Shown: positions 39,670 through 48,529 of the stretch, piece by piece
Layout of the letters: each line of letters opens with the position of its first letter
How positions within the stretch are numbered: the first letter of the stretch is position 1
Assembly: GCA_045863235.1 (NCBI GenBank)
Contig: BTUM01000026.1
Location: 1-64,000 of the forward strand
Reading direction: 5' to 3'
DNA from: Candidatus Xenobia bacterium
GTDB taxonomy: Bacteria > Vulcanimicrobiota > Xenobia > Xenobiales > QWHO01
Length of the DNA stretch: 64,000 nt
Notes under the pieces: generated by a model
What the model saw: only the letters and a program-made list of their open reading frames with translations
The model's database searches: none
What the model was told of the DNA's origin: nothing
Translations under genes and position numbers: made by a program

Positions 39670-40230
39670 CTCCATCCGGTCGAGATCGGCGGGGCCCAGG
39701 ATCGGGCTGTAGAACAGGCTGGTCGGGTCTTTGCTGCGTTGCCTCCCGAGCAGCAGCTCGGCGGCGTAGCGGGCCAACATCTTGTCCCGGCGCGAGTCGG
39801 TATCAAGTCGCGCCAGCGAGAGCACCGCACCCTTCTTGCCTCGAACTCCGTAACAATAGCGCCAGTCAGGCTGGCTCGGGGTGTAGCAGTCCTGGCCGAC
39901 CACCAGCAGAGTGGCCTCGCTGGCCTGCTTGTCCACAAAGGCCAGAATCTGGTCAGCGTCGAGCTGGCCTCGCTCGGCGTTGAGCCAGGAAGGCTGGAAA
40001 CTGGCGCTGTACATCGAGCGCACTTCGACTCCGGTGTTTTGTCGCAGGCTCTCGGCGCAATCCAGGAGTGGGCGGTCCTCCTCGCGCACCACCAGCAACA
40101 CCAGAGACTTGCCTTCCAGGCCGAGCTTTCCCGGTTTCTCAGGCGGGGCTGTGACCGGCTTGAGCCACCACGCACCCAGGGCAACCACGACAATGACCAG
40201 GAAAAGCTCACCCAGACGCTTGAGGTGCAT
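39655..40230 (-). CDS. membrane-anchored archaemetzincin-like protein lacking HExxH
   Basis: QDCY...YCYG...AVLSLARL...RRDKMLARY...SKDPTSLFYSPILGPADLDRM follows the archaemetzincin layout without the Zn ligands. Confidence 0.55.
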   Translation of the reverse strand: MHLKRLGELFLVIVVVALGAWWLKPVTAPPEKPGKLGLEGKSLVLLVVREEDRPLLDCAESLRQNTGVEVRSMYSASFQPSWLNAERGQLDADQILAFVDKQASEATLLVVGQDCYTPSQPDWRYCYGVRGKKGAVLSLARLDTDSRRDKMLARYAAELLLGRQRSKDPTSLFYSPILGPADLDRMELKIP

Positions 40231-40276
40231 TGAGCCTATGATAGGAGAATCCAGACCTCCTGTCACGACCTGAGGG

Positions 40277-41659
40277 TCAGTTGCTGTAGAGGTCCTCGAG
40301 ATCGTGGACCCGAACACCTGCCGGAAGTCGCCCAGGCTCCTTCCGGCCAACGAACAGCCTCCTGCCGATGGTGGCGTTGCGAGCATTGGGGTAAGCGTTC
40401 ACCTTCCGCTCCAGCTCCGTTGCTGCCGCAACCAGGCCGGGGCTTCGACCCCACCTGCACTCTCCCAGGTCGGTCCAGTTGTCCTCACGCAGCCCAACGA
40501 CGTCGATCTGGGTCGTCTTATCCCAGTATTCCCCAATCTCCCAGGCAGCGGTGATTCCCTCGCGAGCATACAACCCCGCCAGCGCCTCCCGGCACAGTCC
40601 CTCGAAGCAGCGACCGAAATAGGCTGGCAAATGGGGCTTGACGAGCTGATGAAAGGCTCGATCCGGCCCCAGAGCGGCGATCTGGCTTCGATTCGGAAAT
40701 ACGAATCGAAACCAGAACCGCAGCAACGGGTCGTCCAGGGCAAAGCGGACTTTCCGAGGCGCCCTGGGACCAGCCACAAGGGGCGAGAGACGTCGCAGAT
40801 ATCCCAACTCGACCAGCTGCTGGAGATAGTAGGGAACCGACCTCTCCGGCAAAGTGGTCACCCGCGCCAGCTCCGGGATTCTGGCCGAGGCGGTGGCCAG
40901 TGCAGATAAGAGCGCATAGTAGTTGTGAACGTCCCGCAACTCCTCGCGCAACAGGAAATCCGGCTCGTTGTGGAGAGGGGAGAACTCCTCGAGCACCTGC
41001 CGGCTCAGGTTGCTGTCAATCGAGGCTGCCGGATCAAAGCACTTGAGATACTGAGGCACCCCACCGCAAACGAAATAGACCCTGGCTGAATCGACGAGGG
41101 AATAGTCTGGGTGAAAGAGACGCGCCTCCGAGTATCCAAAGGGCTTCAGATGCAACTGGGCAGTGCGACGGCCAAAGAGCGGACTCTTGCGCCCAAGCAC
41201 CTCACGTTCCATGAAGCCGACGTAGGAGCCTGAAACAATCAGCATGATTCGGCCCGTTCGCGACCAGTCACGGTCCCAGAGCTCCTGCAGAATGGAGGGC
41301 AACTCGGGACTTTCCTGCACGATCCACTGAAACTCGTCCAGGGCCAGCACCAGTTTCTCAGGGCGGCTCCAACTTCCGACAGCCACTTGCAGTGCTTCCC
41401 GCCAGCCGGGAAGCTCGGCGTGCTCGAGGAGCGGCTGGCCGACCACCCCGGCGGCGACCTGCAAGAACTCCCGGAGCTGCAGTCGAGCTGGGGCCTGCTT
41501 GCCCACGAAGTAAAGGCCTGGTCGCGACTGCAGGAAACGGAGAATGAGGGCACTCTTGCCGATCCGTCGACGACCGTAAACGGGCACAAGGGAACTCTCC
41601 AGGCCCTCGTAAGAAGTTCGCAGGAGCTTGAGCTCCCGGACGCGCCCAATAAAACTCAA
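40277..41659 (-). CDS. archaeal-type AAA ATPase (ATPase_2) with wHTH and DUF234/PD-(D/E)xK-like C-terminus
   Basis: FIGRVREL, Walker A YGRRRIGKS, Walker B LALDEFQ, SPLFGRRT, GGVPQYL, DPLLRFWFRFV, YWD..QIDVV..GECRW. Confidence 0.9.
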   Translation of the reverse strand: MSFIGRVRELKLLRTSYEGLESSLVPVYGRRRIGKSALILRFLQSRPGLYFVGKQAPARLQLREFLQVAAGVVGQPLLEHAELPGWREALQVAVGSWSRPEKLVLALDEFQWIVQESPELPSILQELWDRDWSRTGRIMLIVSGSYVGFMEREVLGRKSPLFGRRTAQLHLKPFGYSEARLFHPDYSLVDSARVYFVCGGVPQYLKCFDPAASIDSNLSRQVLEEFSPLHNEPDFLLREELRDVHNYYALLSALATASARIPELARVTTLPERSVPYYLQQLVELGYLRRLSPLVAGPRAPRKVRFALDDPLLRFWFRFVFPNRSQIAALGPDRAFHQLVKPHLPAYFGRCFEGLCREALAGLYAREGITAAWEIGEYWDKTTQIDVVGLREDNWTDLGECRWGRSPGLVAAATELERKVNAYPNARNATIGRRLFVGRKEPGRLPAGVRVHDLEDLYSN

Positions 41660-41668
41660 CGTAACGCA

Positions 41669-41715
41669 ATCCTATAAAACAAGTTTTAACTTGTCAAGTT
41701 TAAACTTGACAAGTT
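41669..41715 (-). promoter_or_regulatory. sigma70 promoter of the ATPase gene overlapped by a perfect 28-bp palindrome
   Basis: Minus-strand TTGACA (41697-41692), 17 nt, TAGGAT (41674-41669); palindrome AACTTGTCAAGTTTAAACTTGACAAGTT at 41688-41715. Confidence 0.8.
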
Positions 41716-41793
41716 GCGAGTTGCGTCGTACCCTCACCAGGAGTTCAGCCCCACTCGAGGAAGAATTTCTCGACCTCAAGCGACCGGGTACCC

Positions 41794-42195
41794 ATGCGCA
41801 TTCTCTGCTTGCTGCTCCTCCTGGCCACCCTTTCCGCAGCTCAGCCTGGCGGCTACAGCCTGGACGGACTGCACCCGGGCATGGAGGCCAGCCAGGTGCC
41901 CTGGCTCGAGCCCTCGGCAAAGGACGGACAACACTCCCACCAGGGCACCACGGTGGAGCTTCTCGCCGGGCGAGTGGTGGGGGTCTGGGGCCGGAGCCTC
42001 CAGAGCCAGCAGAAGAACGTGGTCAAGCTCGGCGATCCCGACCCTCAATCGGTCCTTGGCAAGCCTGATCGGACCCTCTACGGGTGCGGCCCCGACGGGG
42101 GCCAGCAAGTGCTCTTTTACGACCGGCACGGCCTGCTGGTGACCGTTGAGAACGGGAAGAATGTGGTCGGTCTCTGCCTGCAGAGCTCGCGTTGA
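41794..42195 (+). CDS. exported hypothetical protein
   Basis: Signal peptide MRILCLLLLLATLSA; LGD...VLGKPD motif like SmpA/BamE-type small domains. Confidence 0.65.
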   Translation: MRILCLLLLLATLSAAQPGGYSLDGLHPGMEASQVPWLEPSAKDGQHSHQGTTVELLAGRVVGVWGRSLQSQQKNVVKLGDPDPQSVLGKPDRTLYGCGPDGGQQVLFYDRHGLLVTVENGKNVVGLCLQSSR

Positions 42196-42214
42196 GCATG
42201 CTACAATAGCCAGC

Positions 42215-43552
42215 ATGGAGATCACCGGCACCGCTCAGAGCTACCATATCTACCATCCCCGCTCGGCCGCCCAGTCCGGCGCTACGCCCCTGACCCCGGG
42301 CCTCTGGCAGACCCAGTTGCAGAAGCTCGTCGGCATCTTGCAGGGCGGTCCAGAGCCCAGCCCTACCCCGCCTGTGGCCAAAGTGGAAGGGCGCGACGGC
42401 AGAGTGCTGGGCGAGAAGAATTTTCTCAAAGCCGACCAGTATCCCGGCCTGCACAGCAAGAGGCTGCAAGACAAGCGCACCAGCAATCCTCAACCGCTCA
42501 TCGAGGGGGCGCCCAACTATCGCGAGTTGGGCGAGGGCATCCACGGCACCGCCCAGCCCACCGTGGACGGGATGCGGCGCGTGCTCGAGCAGGCCGGAGC
42601 CGGACCCGACGGCGAGAAGAAGGCGGTCTGGACCAACATGCGCGAGGAGCCGGTGGTCTACATCAACGGCCAGCCCTTCAACCTGCGCCACGTCAAAGCG
42701 CCCTTCTACAACCAGGCCTCGCCGGGCCGCTCGGCCGGCGAGGTGGAGAAGATGGAGCGCGACCTCAAGCAGGACGTGCTCAACGAGGCGCGCCGAAACG
42801 GCGGCATGATCACCCTGCACGACGAGGAGGCCGGGCCTCCGCCCAGAGTGGTCGAGAAGCAGGTCAAAATCGAGAGTGTGCAGACCGTCTCGGAGGTCTA
42901 CGACCAGCTCAAGGCCGAGGGCTACAAGGTGGACTACCAGCGCATCCCGGTCACCGACATGAAAAAGCCCGAGGACCAGGACATCGACGAGCTGGTGGGG
43001 GCGCTCAAGAAGGCCGATCCAGAGGCGGCGCTGATCTTCAACTGCCACGCCGGACAGGGACGCACCACCACGGCCATGGTGCTGGCCAGCCTGATGAAGC
43101 GGGCCTCCGCGGGCGAAGAGGGGGATCTGCTCAAGGACCCCGCCGTGCGGGCCGACATCAAGGAGCAGGGTAAGCACACCCCCAGCAACTACCGCGAGAT
43201 CCTGCGCAGCTTCAAGGACGCCCGCAAGCTGGTGCAGGATCAGGACAGCGTGGACAAGGTGGTGGAGAAGTACGGCGACGTGCACGACCTCAAGAAGGCG
43301 GTGGGCAAGGCCCGCCAGGAGGCGCATGCGGCTGACACGCCCGAGGAGAAACAGGCAGCGCGCGAGCGCGTCTCGGACTACCTCGAGCGCTACCACACCC
43401 TGGTCTCGTTCGAGGCCTACGCGCGCGAGCAGGGGCCCGACTTCAAGCTCCCCTACTCGGAGTGGAAGAGCCGCAACCCGGAGCTGGAAGAGGGCCTCAA
43501 GCGCGTCCAGTTGGCCCTGGCGGGGCGCGGTCAAGAGTCTCAGGTCGCTTGA
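42215..43552 (+). CDS. PTP-like (paladin/PTP-phytase family) phosphatase
   Basis: GAPNYR, GTAQPT, WTNMREEPVVYING, YQRIPVTD, FNCHAGQGRTTT (CX5R), YLERY. Confidence 0.9.
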   Translation: MEITGTAQSYHIYHPRSAAQSGATPLTPGLWQTQLQKLVGILQGGPEPSPTPPVAKVEGRDGRVLGEKNFLKADQYPGLHSKRLQDKRTSNPQPLIEGAPNYRELGEGIHGTAQPTVDGMRRVLEQAGAGPDGEKKAVWTNMREEPVVYINGQPFNLRHVKAPFYNQASPGRSAGEVEKMERDLKQDVLNEARRNGGMITLHDEEAGPPPRVVEKQVKIESVQTVSEVYDQLKAEGYKVDYQRIPVTDMKKPEDQDIDELVGALKKADPEAALIFNCHAGQGRTTTAMVLASLMKRASAGEEGDLLKDPAVRADIKEQGKHTPSNYREILRSFKDARKLVQDQDSVDKVVEKYGDVHDLKKAVGKARQEAHAADTPEEKQAARERVSDYLERYHTLVSFEAYAREQGPDFKLPYSEWKSRNPELEEGLKRVQLALAGRGQESQVA

Positions 43553-44148
43553 GCGAGAGCGAGCTCGACCTGCGCCTGGAGTGGCGCGAGGAAGAGGAGG
43601 CCCTGGCCGAGCGCCAGGACCGCTTTCAGGGCGACCTCGCGGAAGACGAGAGCGCGGTCACTGTGCTCAACCCCACGGTGGAGGGCCCCGAGCCTCCTCG
43701 GCCCGAGGAGTTCGAGTATTCCGAGCACCGCGCCCGCGCCCTGGAACGAGCGCTGGGACGGCTGCAGGGCATCACTCGCCCGCCCTTCGTGGCGTACCTG
43801 GTCCAGCTGAAGGAGGAGCTCCCCCGGCTCGCTCCGGCCGAGCGCCAGGCCCGCCTCGACGGCGCCGAGGCCTGGCTCTCGAGCCAGCTGGCGTTCTGGC
43901 AGGTGGGGCCGGTGGAGCACGAATCGCCCGAGCAGGTGGAAGCCTTCAACGAGGGGCTGTCGGCCGGTGGCGACGCGCTGGGGCTGGGCCTGGAGGTGGT
44001 GGAGCTCTTCAGAGCCGGGGACCTCACCCTGGTGGACGTGTTGCTCGAGCAGATCGAAAGCCTGCTGACCCGGGCCCGCGAAACGCTGGAGGCAGGCGCA
44101 TTGACCGACGCCGAAACGGTGCCTGCAGCGCAGGAAACGACGTCTTGA
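43549..44148 (+). CDS. hypothetical acidic helical protein
   Basis: TTG start overlapping the previous stop; host-like codon bias. Confidence 0.65.
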   Translation: MSESELDLRLEWREEEEALAERQDRFQGDLAEDESAVTVLNPTVEGPEPPRPEEFEYSEHRARALERALGRLQGITRPPFVAYLVQLKEELPRLAPAERQARLDGAEAWLSSQLAFWQVGPVEHESPEQVEAFNEGLSAGGDALGLGLEVVELFRAGDLTLVDVLLEQIESLLTRARETLEAGALTDAETVPAAQETTS

Positions 44149-44444
44149 GAGGCCCGAGCGGGACGAAGCACCGAGGCCGAAGCTCGAGCAATCTTCACCG
44201 AGTTATGCCGCGCTGCCCCCACGAGCTCCAGGAGTTGGTGGACCAGATGTCTCCCGAAGGCAAGCTGCTTCTCGCTCAGAGGCGTTCTCAAGCGGTGGCC
44301 GCTCTGCTCCTTCGGGAGGACACGAGCAGGTGCTTCCTTACCTGGCGCCTGCCTGGCCAGACGGCGACGGCTCCCCGCGCTGACTGCCGAGCCTGGGCGG
44401 GACTGACCCTGGACATCCCGATCAGGTTGATCCGCTGACCCGGC

Positions 44445-46148
44445 TCAGCTCGGGTTGGGCACCTCTTCCGGCTTCTCGTCGGGCTTCTGCTCGGGCTTCT
44501 GCTCGGGGGCAGGGGTCTCTTCAGGCTTTTTTTCTTCCTTTGCAGGCGCCTCGGCGGCCTGCCGCATGGCCTCCTGCAGAGCTTTGAGAACGTCCTGGTT
44601 GGCCGCCACCGGCTTGCCGCGGTCGAGAGCCATCAAGATGGCTTCGTGCGGGTCCACCATCCCGGCGCCCTGATGGTTCTTGGGCACCCGGCCCGGCAGC
44701 GGGTCGGCGGAGCTCTTGAGGATCTCTTTCACCTCGTCGGGGGTCAGGTCGGGGTTGGCTTCCAGCATCTCAGCCACCACGCCGGCCACGATGGGCGTGG
44801 CCATCGAGGTGCCCGGCATTCCCACGTAAGCCTTGTCGGGCGAGAGCGGCATGCGGGATGTGACCCGCAGCAGCCGGTTGAACTCGTTCTTGGCGGTCTC
44901 GCCGCCTTCGCGAATCTTGCCCATGGTCTCGGGGCCGATGCCCATCAGGGCAAACTGCGAGTCGGGCACTCGGGCCAGCTCTTCGGCCGGGAGGCTCGAG
45001 AGCCACTTCACCGTGCCGTGCACCACCTGGAAGCGAGCCGCCTGGGCCTCCGAGCTGGTACCCGGGGAGAGTGGGGCCATGATGGCCTCGCCGGGCGCGA
45101 CCAGGTCGGGCTTGCTGGCCCCGTACTTGGTGGGACCGCGGCTGGAGAACTCGGTGATCGAGTCATCGCCCGGGTCGGGGGTATTCTGATCGTCCACCGC
45201 TCCCACCGTGATGGCGTGAGGACTGTCTCCCGGGGCTTTGACGGTCTTGCGATCGGGGCCGTCGTTGCCGGCCGCGGCCACCACCACCAGGCCCGCCTCG
45301 TAGGCCTTCTGCACCGCCTGGTCGACCGGATCGTCCTGATATTTCTTGCGGGCCGTGTGGCCGAGCGACAGGTTGATCACCCGGATGCCCAGGCGGTCCT
45401 TGTTCTCGATGCAGAACTGGATGCCCTTGATGATGTCGGAGGTCTTGCCCGAGCCGTCCTCGCCGAGCACCTTGACGCCCACCAGGTGGGCCTTGGGGGC
45501 CGGTCCGCGGTAGATGCCGCCGCTCAAGAGGCCGCTGCCGGCGGCGTCGCCGGCCACGTGGGTGCCGTGCCCGTGGTCGTCATAGGGAGTGGAGCGCCCG
45601 TTCACCATGTCGGCGAAGGCCACCAGGCGGTTGTAGGGGGTGTTGAAGTCGGGGTGAGGATAGATGCCCGTATCCAGGATGGCGATGCCCACGCCCTCCC
45701 CCTGGAACTTGCGGGTGAGCGGCGTGTCGAAGCGAGGAGCGAGCTGGGGCAGGCGCGACTTGAACTCGGGCTCCTTCTTGGTCTCGGCCTCCTTCTTCTC
45801 GGCCGCTTCCTCTTCTTCGTCCTTGGGCGAGGGGTCCCACGGCATCGGAGGCAGGTAGCGGTCCTGCTGGTCGAGATGGACGCGGTAGCCCTGCTTCTCG
45901 AGATCTTTGACCTGCTTGTCGGTCAGGTCGGCCAGCACGCCGCCGATGAGGCCGAGCTCTTCCTTGACCTTGATGCCCAGGTCGACGAGCTGGATCTTGG
46001 AGGTGGTCTTGAAGATGCCCTCTTCGGGCGCAACCAGGATGTAGGACTTGGTCGGGGTGGAAGGGGCGGACAGGTCCATCCGATCCAGCCCGATGGTCGA
46101 CCTCTGCGCGGGGGTTCGGGTAGAGGTCGAGAGCCTGGCTGCGTCCAT
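44445..46148 (-). CDS. S8 subtilisin-like serine protease (AprX-like)
   Basis: IAILDTG, HGHGTHVAG, AAGNDG, FSSRGP, GTSMATP; AAGGAG RBS; no signal peptide. Confidence 0.93.
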   Translation of the reverse strand: MDAARLSTSTRTPAQRSTIGLDRMDLSAPSTPTKSYILVAPEEGIFKTTSKIQLVDLGIKVKEELGLIGGVLADLTDKQVKDLEKQGYRVHLDQQDRYLPPMPWDPSPKDEEEEAAEKKEAETKKEPEFKSRLPQLAPRFDTPLTRKFQGEGVGIAILDTGIYPHPDFNTPYNRLVAFADMVNGRSTPYDDHGHGTHVAGDAAGSGLLSGGIYRGPAPKAHLVGVKVLGEDGSGKTSDIIKGIQFCIENKDRLGIRVINLSLGHTARKKYQDDPVDQAVQKAYEAGLVVVAAAGNDGPDRKTVKAPGDSPHAITVGAVDDQNTPDPGDDSITEFSSRGPTKYGASKPDLVAPGEAIMAPLSPGTSSEAQAARFQVVHGTVKWLSSLPAEELARVPDSQFALMGIGPETMGKIREGGETAKNEFNRLLRVTSRMPLSPDKAYVGMPGTSMATPIVAGVVAEMLEANPDLTPDEVKEILKSSADPLPGRVPKNHQGAGMVDPHEAILMALDRGKPVAANQDVLKALQEAMRQAAEAPAKEEKKPEETPAPEQKPEQKPDEKPEEVPNPS

Positions 46149-46392
46149 CGGGTCGGGTCTCCTTCGGTGGTGAAGTCCGGGAGCGGCTCTGCAACCGCGT
46201 TCCCAGCCCCCTCGGCCCACAGGATACGAAAAAAGACCCGACCGGAGGGTTACCCGGATGTTACTTCTGCGTTGCAGCCGGGTTCACAGTCCGGAAACGT
46301 ACGTTCCCTTTCGGTTACCTCCGCCCGAGCTCGGAGCCGCCCGTGACTCTCGAGGCGAGACTCCTCAGCGCTCCGAACGCTTATCGGGCACG

Positions 46393-47313
46393 CTATCTCA
46401 GGCGCTGGAGACCGTTGATCAACTCGATCAGCTTCTGCACTTCCGAGCCCAGGAACTCACCGTCGGTTTGGACGCGGCTCTTGATCTCGGTCAGGGTGGC
46501 CTGGTACACGACCGCCTGCAAGCCGGGCTCGGAAAGCTCCTTACCGGTGTCCAGGGCGGTGCGGGTCAGGTCGGTCAGGGTGTCGAGATAGGCGCGCACG
46601 GCTTCGCGCGGCAACCCGGAGGCGTTCTCATCCACTCTTGATGGGAGAGTCAGCACTTGCTCCAGGGCCGCCTTGTAGCCCTCGGCCTTGACCTGGTCGA
46701 AGATTCCCGCCGGACCCAGGGGCGTGGCCTCGATCGCGTCGCCCACCTTCAGGGCGCTGCGGGCCACCTCTTGATGGCGACGGGCGGCACCGGGCAGATT
46801 CTCGCCCTCGGCGATCTGCTCCAGGGCCGACTCCATGGCCTGGTTCATGCGGGCCGGATCGCCCCCCAGCTTGTACTCCGCCAGCCCCTTCTGGGCCCAC
46901 TCGGCGATGCTGGGAACGTCCGAGGCGGCCAGCCGGGTCAGCACCTGCTGGTAGTAACCCGAAGAGAGCATCTGGCGCGCTTCGGTCTGCTTGCCGTCCT
47001 TGACCAGCTGGCTGACGCGCGAAGCGAGCGAGGTCACATTGGTGCTCTCGCCCGGGGGCGGAGGCGGCGGGTCGGTGGGACCCCCGCAGCCGGAGAGCAC
47101 CCCGCCCAGCACCAGCGCCAGTCCCACCCCGCCGGCCAGGCGCAGGCCCAGGGAGCGAGCCGGCTCGGCCTGACCCTCGGCCTTGCGGGGCAGCGGCACC
47201 GGAGGTGCCGGGCCCAGCTCGACCTGATCGGGAGCGACTTCGCCGTGAAAGGGAGCCTGGAGGCTGGCGCCGGTAGGCCGTTGAGGAAGATACGAGCCGG
47301 GGGAGATGATCAT
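46393..47313 (-). CDS. hypothetical protein with internal signal-peptide/lipobox-like segment
   Basis: About 50-aa Pro-rich leader, then RSLGLRLAGGVGLALVLGGVLSGC, then a helical domain. Confidence 0.7.
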   Translation of the reverse strand: MIISPGSYLPQRPTGASLQAPFHGEVAPDQVELGPAPPVPLPRKAEGQAEPARSLGLRLAGGVGLALVLGGVLSGCGGPTDPPPPPPGESTNVTSLASRVSQLVKDGKQTEARQMLSSGYYQQVLTRLAASDVPSIAEWAQKGLAEYKLGGDPARMNQAMESALEQIAEGENLPGAARRHQEVARSALKVGDAIEATPLGPAGIFDQVKAEGYKAALEQVLTLPSRVDENASGLPREAVRAYLDTLTDLTRTALDTGKELSEPGLQAVVYQATLTEIKSRVQTDGEFLGSEVQKLIELINGLQRLR

Positions 47314-47501
47314 AGCCCTCTGATCCTGGCTCAAGTGCCTGAAAGGAAGCTGAATTGTCGCCCCTCCTGACGTCGCAAACTTCGTCGCCCTGACCGTGCC
47401 ACGAAACCTGCAACCGCTTCCCAGGCAGGGCGGTGCGGGTTGCAACGCGTTCGCAACTGACAGGGCCCAGACTCCAACCACTTGATGTGGGAGGTTCGTA
47501 T

Positions 47502-47939
47502 ATGACGACCAAGATGATGAGACTGGGCGACATCGCTCAGCAGCGTGAGACGGTGACCATCGAGCGCAGTGCCAGCGTCGCCCAGGCCGCCGAGAAGATG
47601 GCCCGGGCCAACAAAGGAGCCGTGCTGGTGGAATCAAGCGGCAGGCTGCAGGGCATCTTCACCGAGCGCGACCTGCTCGTGCGCGTGGTGGCCCGCGGGC
47701 TCGACCCCAAGACCACGGCCGTGGAATCGGTCATGACCAGCAAACTGGTGGTCGGCAATGCCGACGACCCCTACCAGTGGGGCCTGGACCGGATGTTGCA
47801 GGCCCGCTGCCGCCACCTGCCCCTGGTGCAGGGCGACCGCGTGGTAGGAATGGTTTCTCGCCGTGACCTGATGAGCGCCGAGATCCAGGAGCTGACCGCC
47901 GAGCTCGAGCGCATCGATCCTTCGTCGCTGTTCATGTAG
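47502..47939 (+). CDS. CBS-domain pair protein
   Basis: GIFTERDLL, VMTS, RHLPLV..VVGMVSRRDL; GGAGG RBS. Confidence 0.92.
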   Translation: MTTKMMRLGDIAQQRETVTIERSASVAQAAEKMARANKGAVLVESSGRLQGIFTERDLLVRVVARGLDPKTTAVESVMTSKLVVGNADDPYQWGLDRMLQARCRHLPLVQGDRVVGMVSRRDLMSAEIQELTAELERIDPSSLFM

Positions 47940-48006
47940 CACATTTGCAACAGCGACCCCCTAGTCTCCGAACCAGAGCAACCGAACTTGAAAGGAATGA
48001 CGATAA

Positions 48007-48276
48007 ATGACTAACGTGACCAAAGAGATGAAGAGCTTCCAGGACGCCATCAACGAGTCCACCAAGCAGGCCATCGCCAGCGCGATGTGGGTGCAGGATC
48101 AGACCGACGCCCAGATCCGCAGCTACCTTGACGTGCGCAAGTCCTACCGCGACGAGGCCACCAAAGTGGCCAGGGGGATGACCGAGCAGTTCTTCGCCAA
48201 CCAGGAAGCTTTCCAGAAGCTCGTCCAGAGCTCGATCAGCCTGAGCATCGCCTCGATGCGCTGGCCCATCGGCTAG
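48007..48276 (+). CDS. small amphipathic helical protein (phasin-like)
   Basis: AAGGA RBS; all-helical Q/A/E-rich 89 aa. Confidence 0.5.
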   Translation: MTNVTKEMKSFQDAINESTKQAIASAMWVQDQTDAQIRSYLDVRKSYRDEATKVARGMTEQFFANQEAFQKLVQSSISLSIASMRWPIG

Positions 48277-48410
48277 AAATCCCTCCGCACCCCTCTGTGG
48301 GTGGCGGCCGGGCTTCTAGCACAATAAATATGCTGGGCGTCGCACAGCCGGAAAACCGGGTTTCCGGCTCGCGCTCCTGGCGCTTCGGACTTCGGCGCCC
48401 TCAGCGCTCC

Positions 48411-48440
48411 AAGGGCCGGCCTTCGGGCCGGCCCTTCTTT
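48411..48440 (+). terminator. probable intrinsic terminator
   Basis: AAGGGCCGGCC-TTCG-GGCCGGCCCTT 11-bp stem with C(UUCG)G loop followed by CTTT, between convergent genes. Confidence 0.7.
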
Positions 48441-48529
48441 GCCAGGGGAAGCCAAGTCGCTCGAGCTTACTATCTTTACAGCTGGCCCGTCTGCTCTCTC
48501 CGGCCCGCGCGTGTCCTGAAGAGGGCGCC

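Noticed and set aside
40277..41720. ATPase gene as part of an IS or prophage
   Set aside because: No transposase, integrase, terminal repeats or target duplication are visible.
44205..44438. 77-aa ORF MPRCPHELQELVDQM...
   Set aside because: No RBS or recognisable motif; may be a gene remnant but is unsupported.
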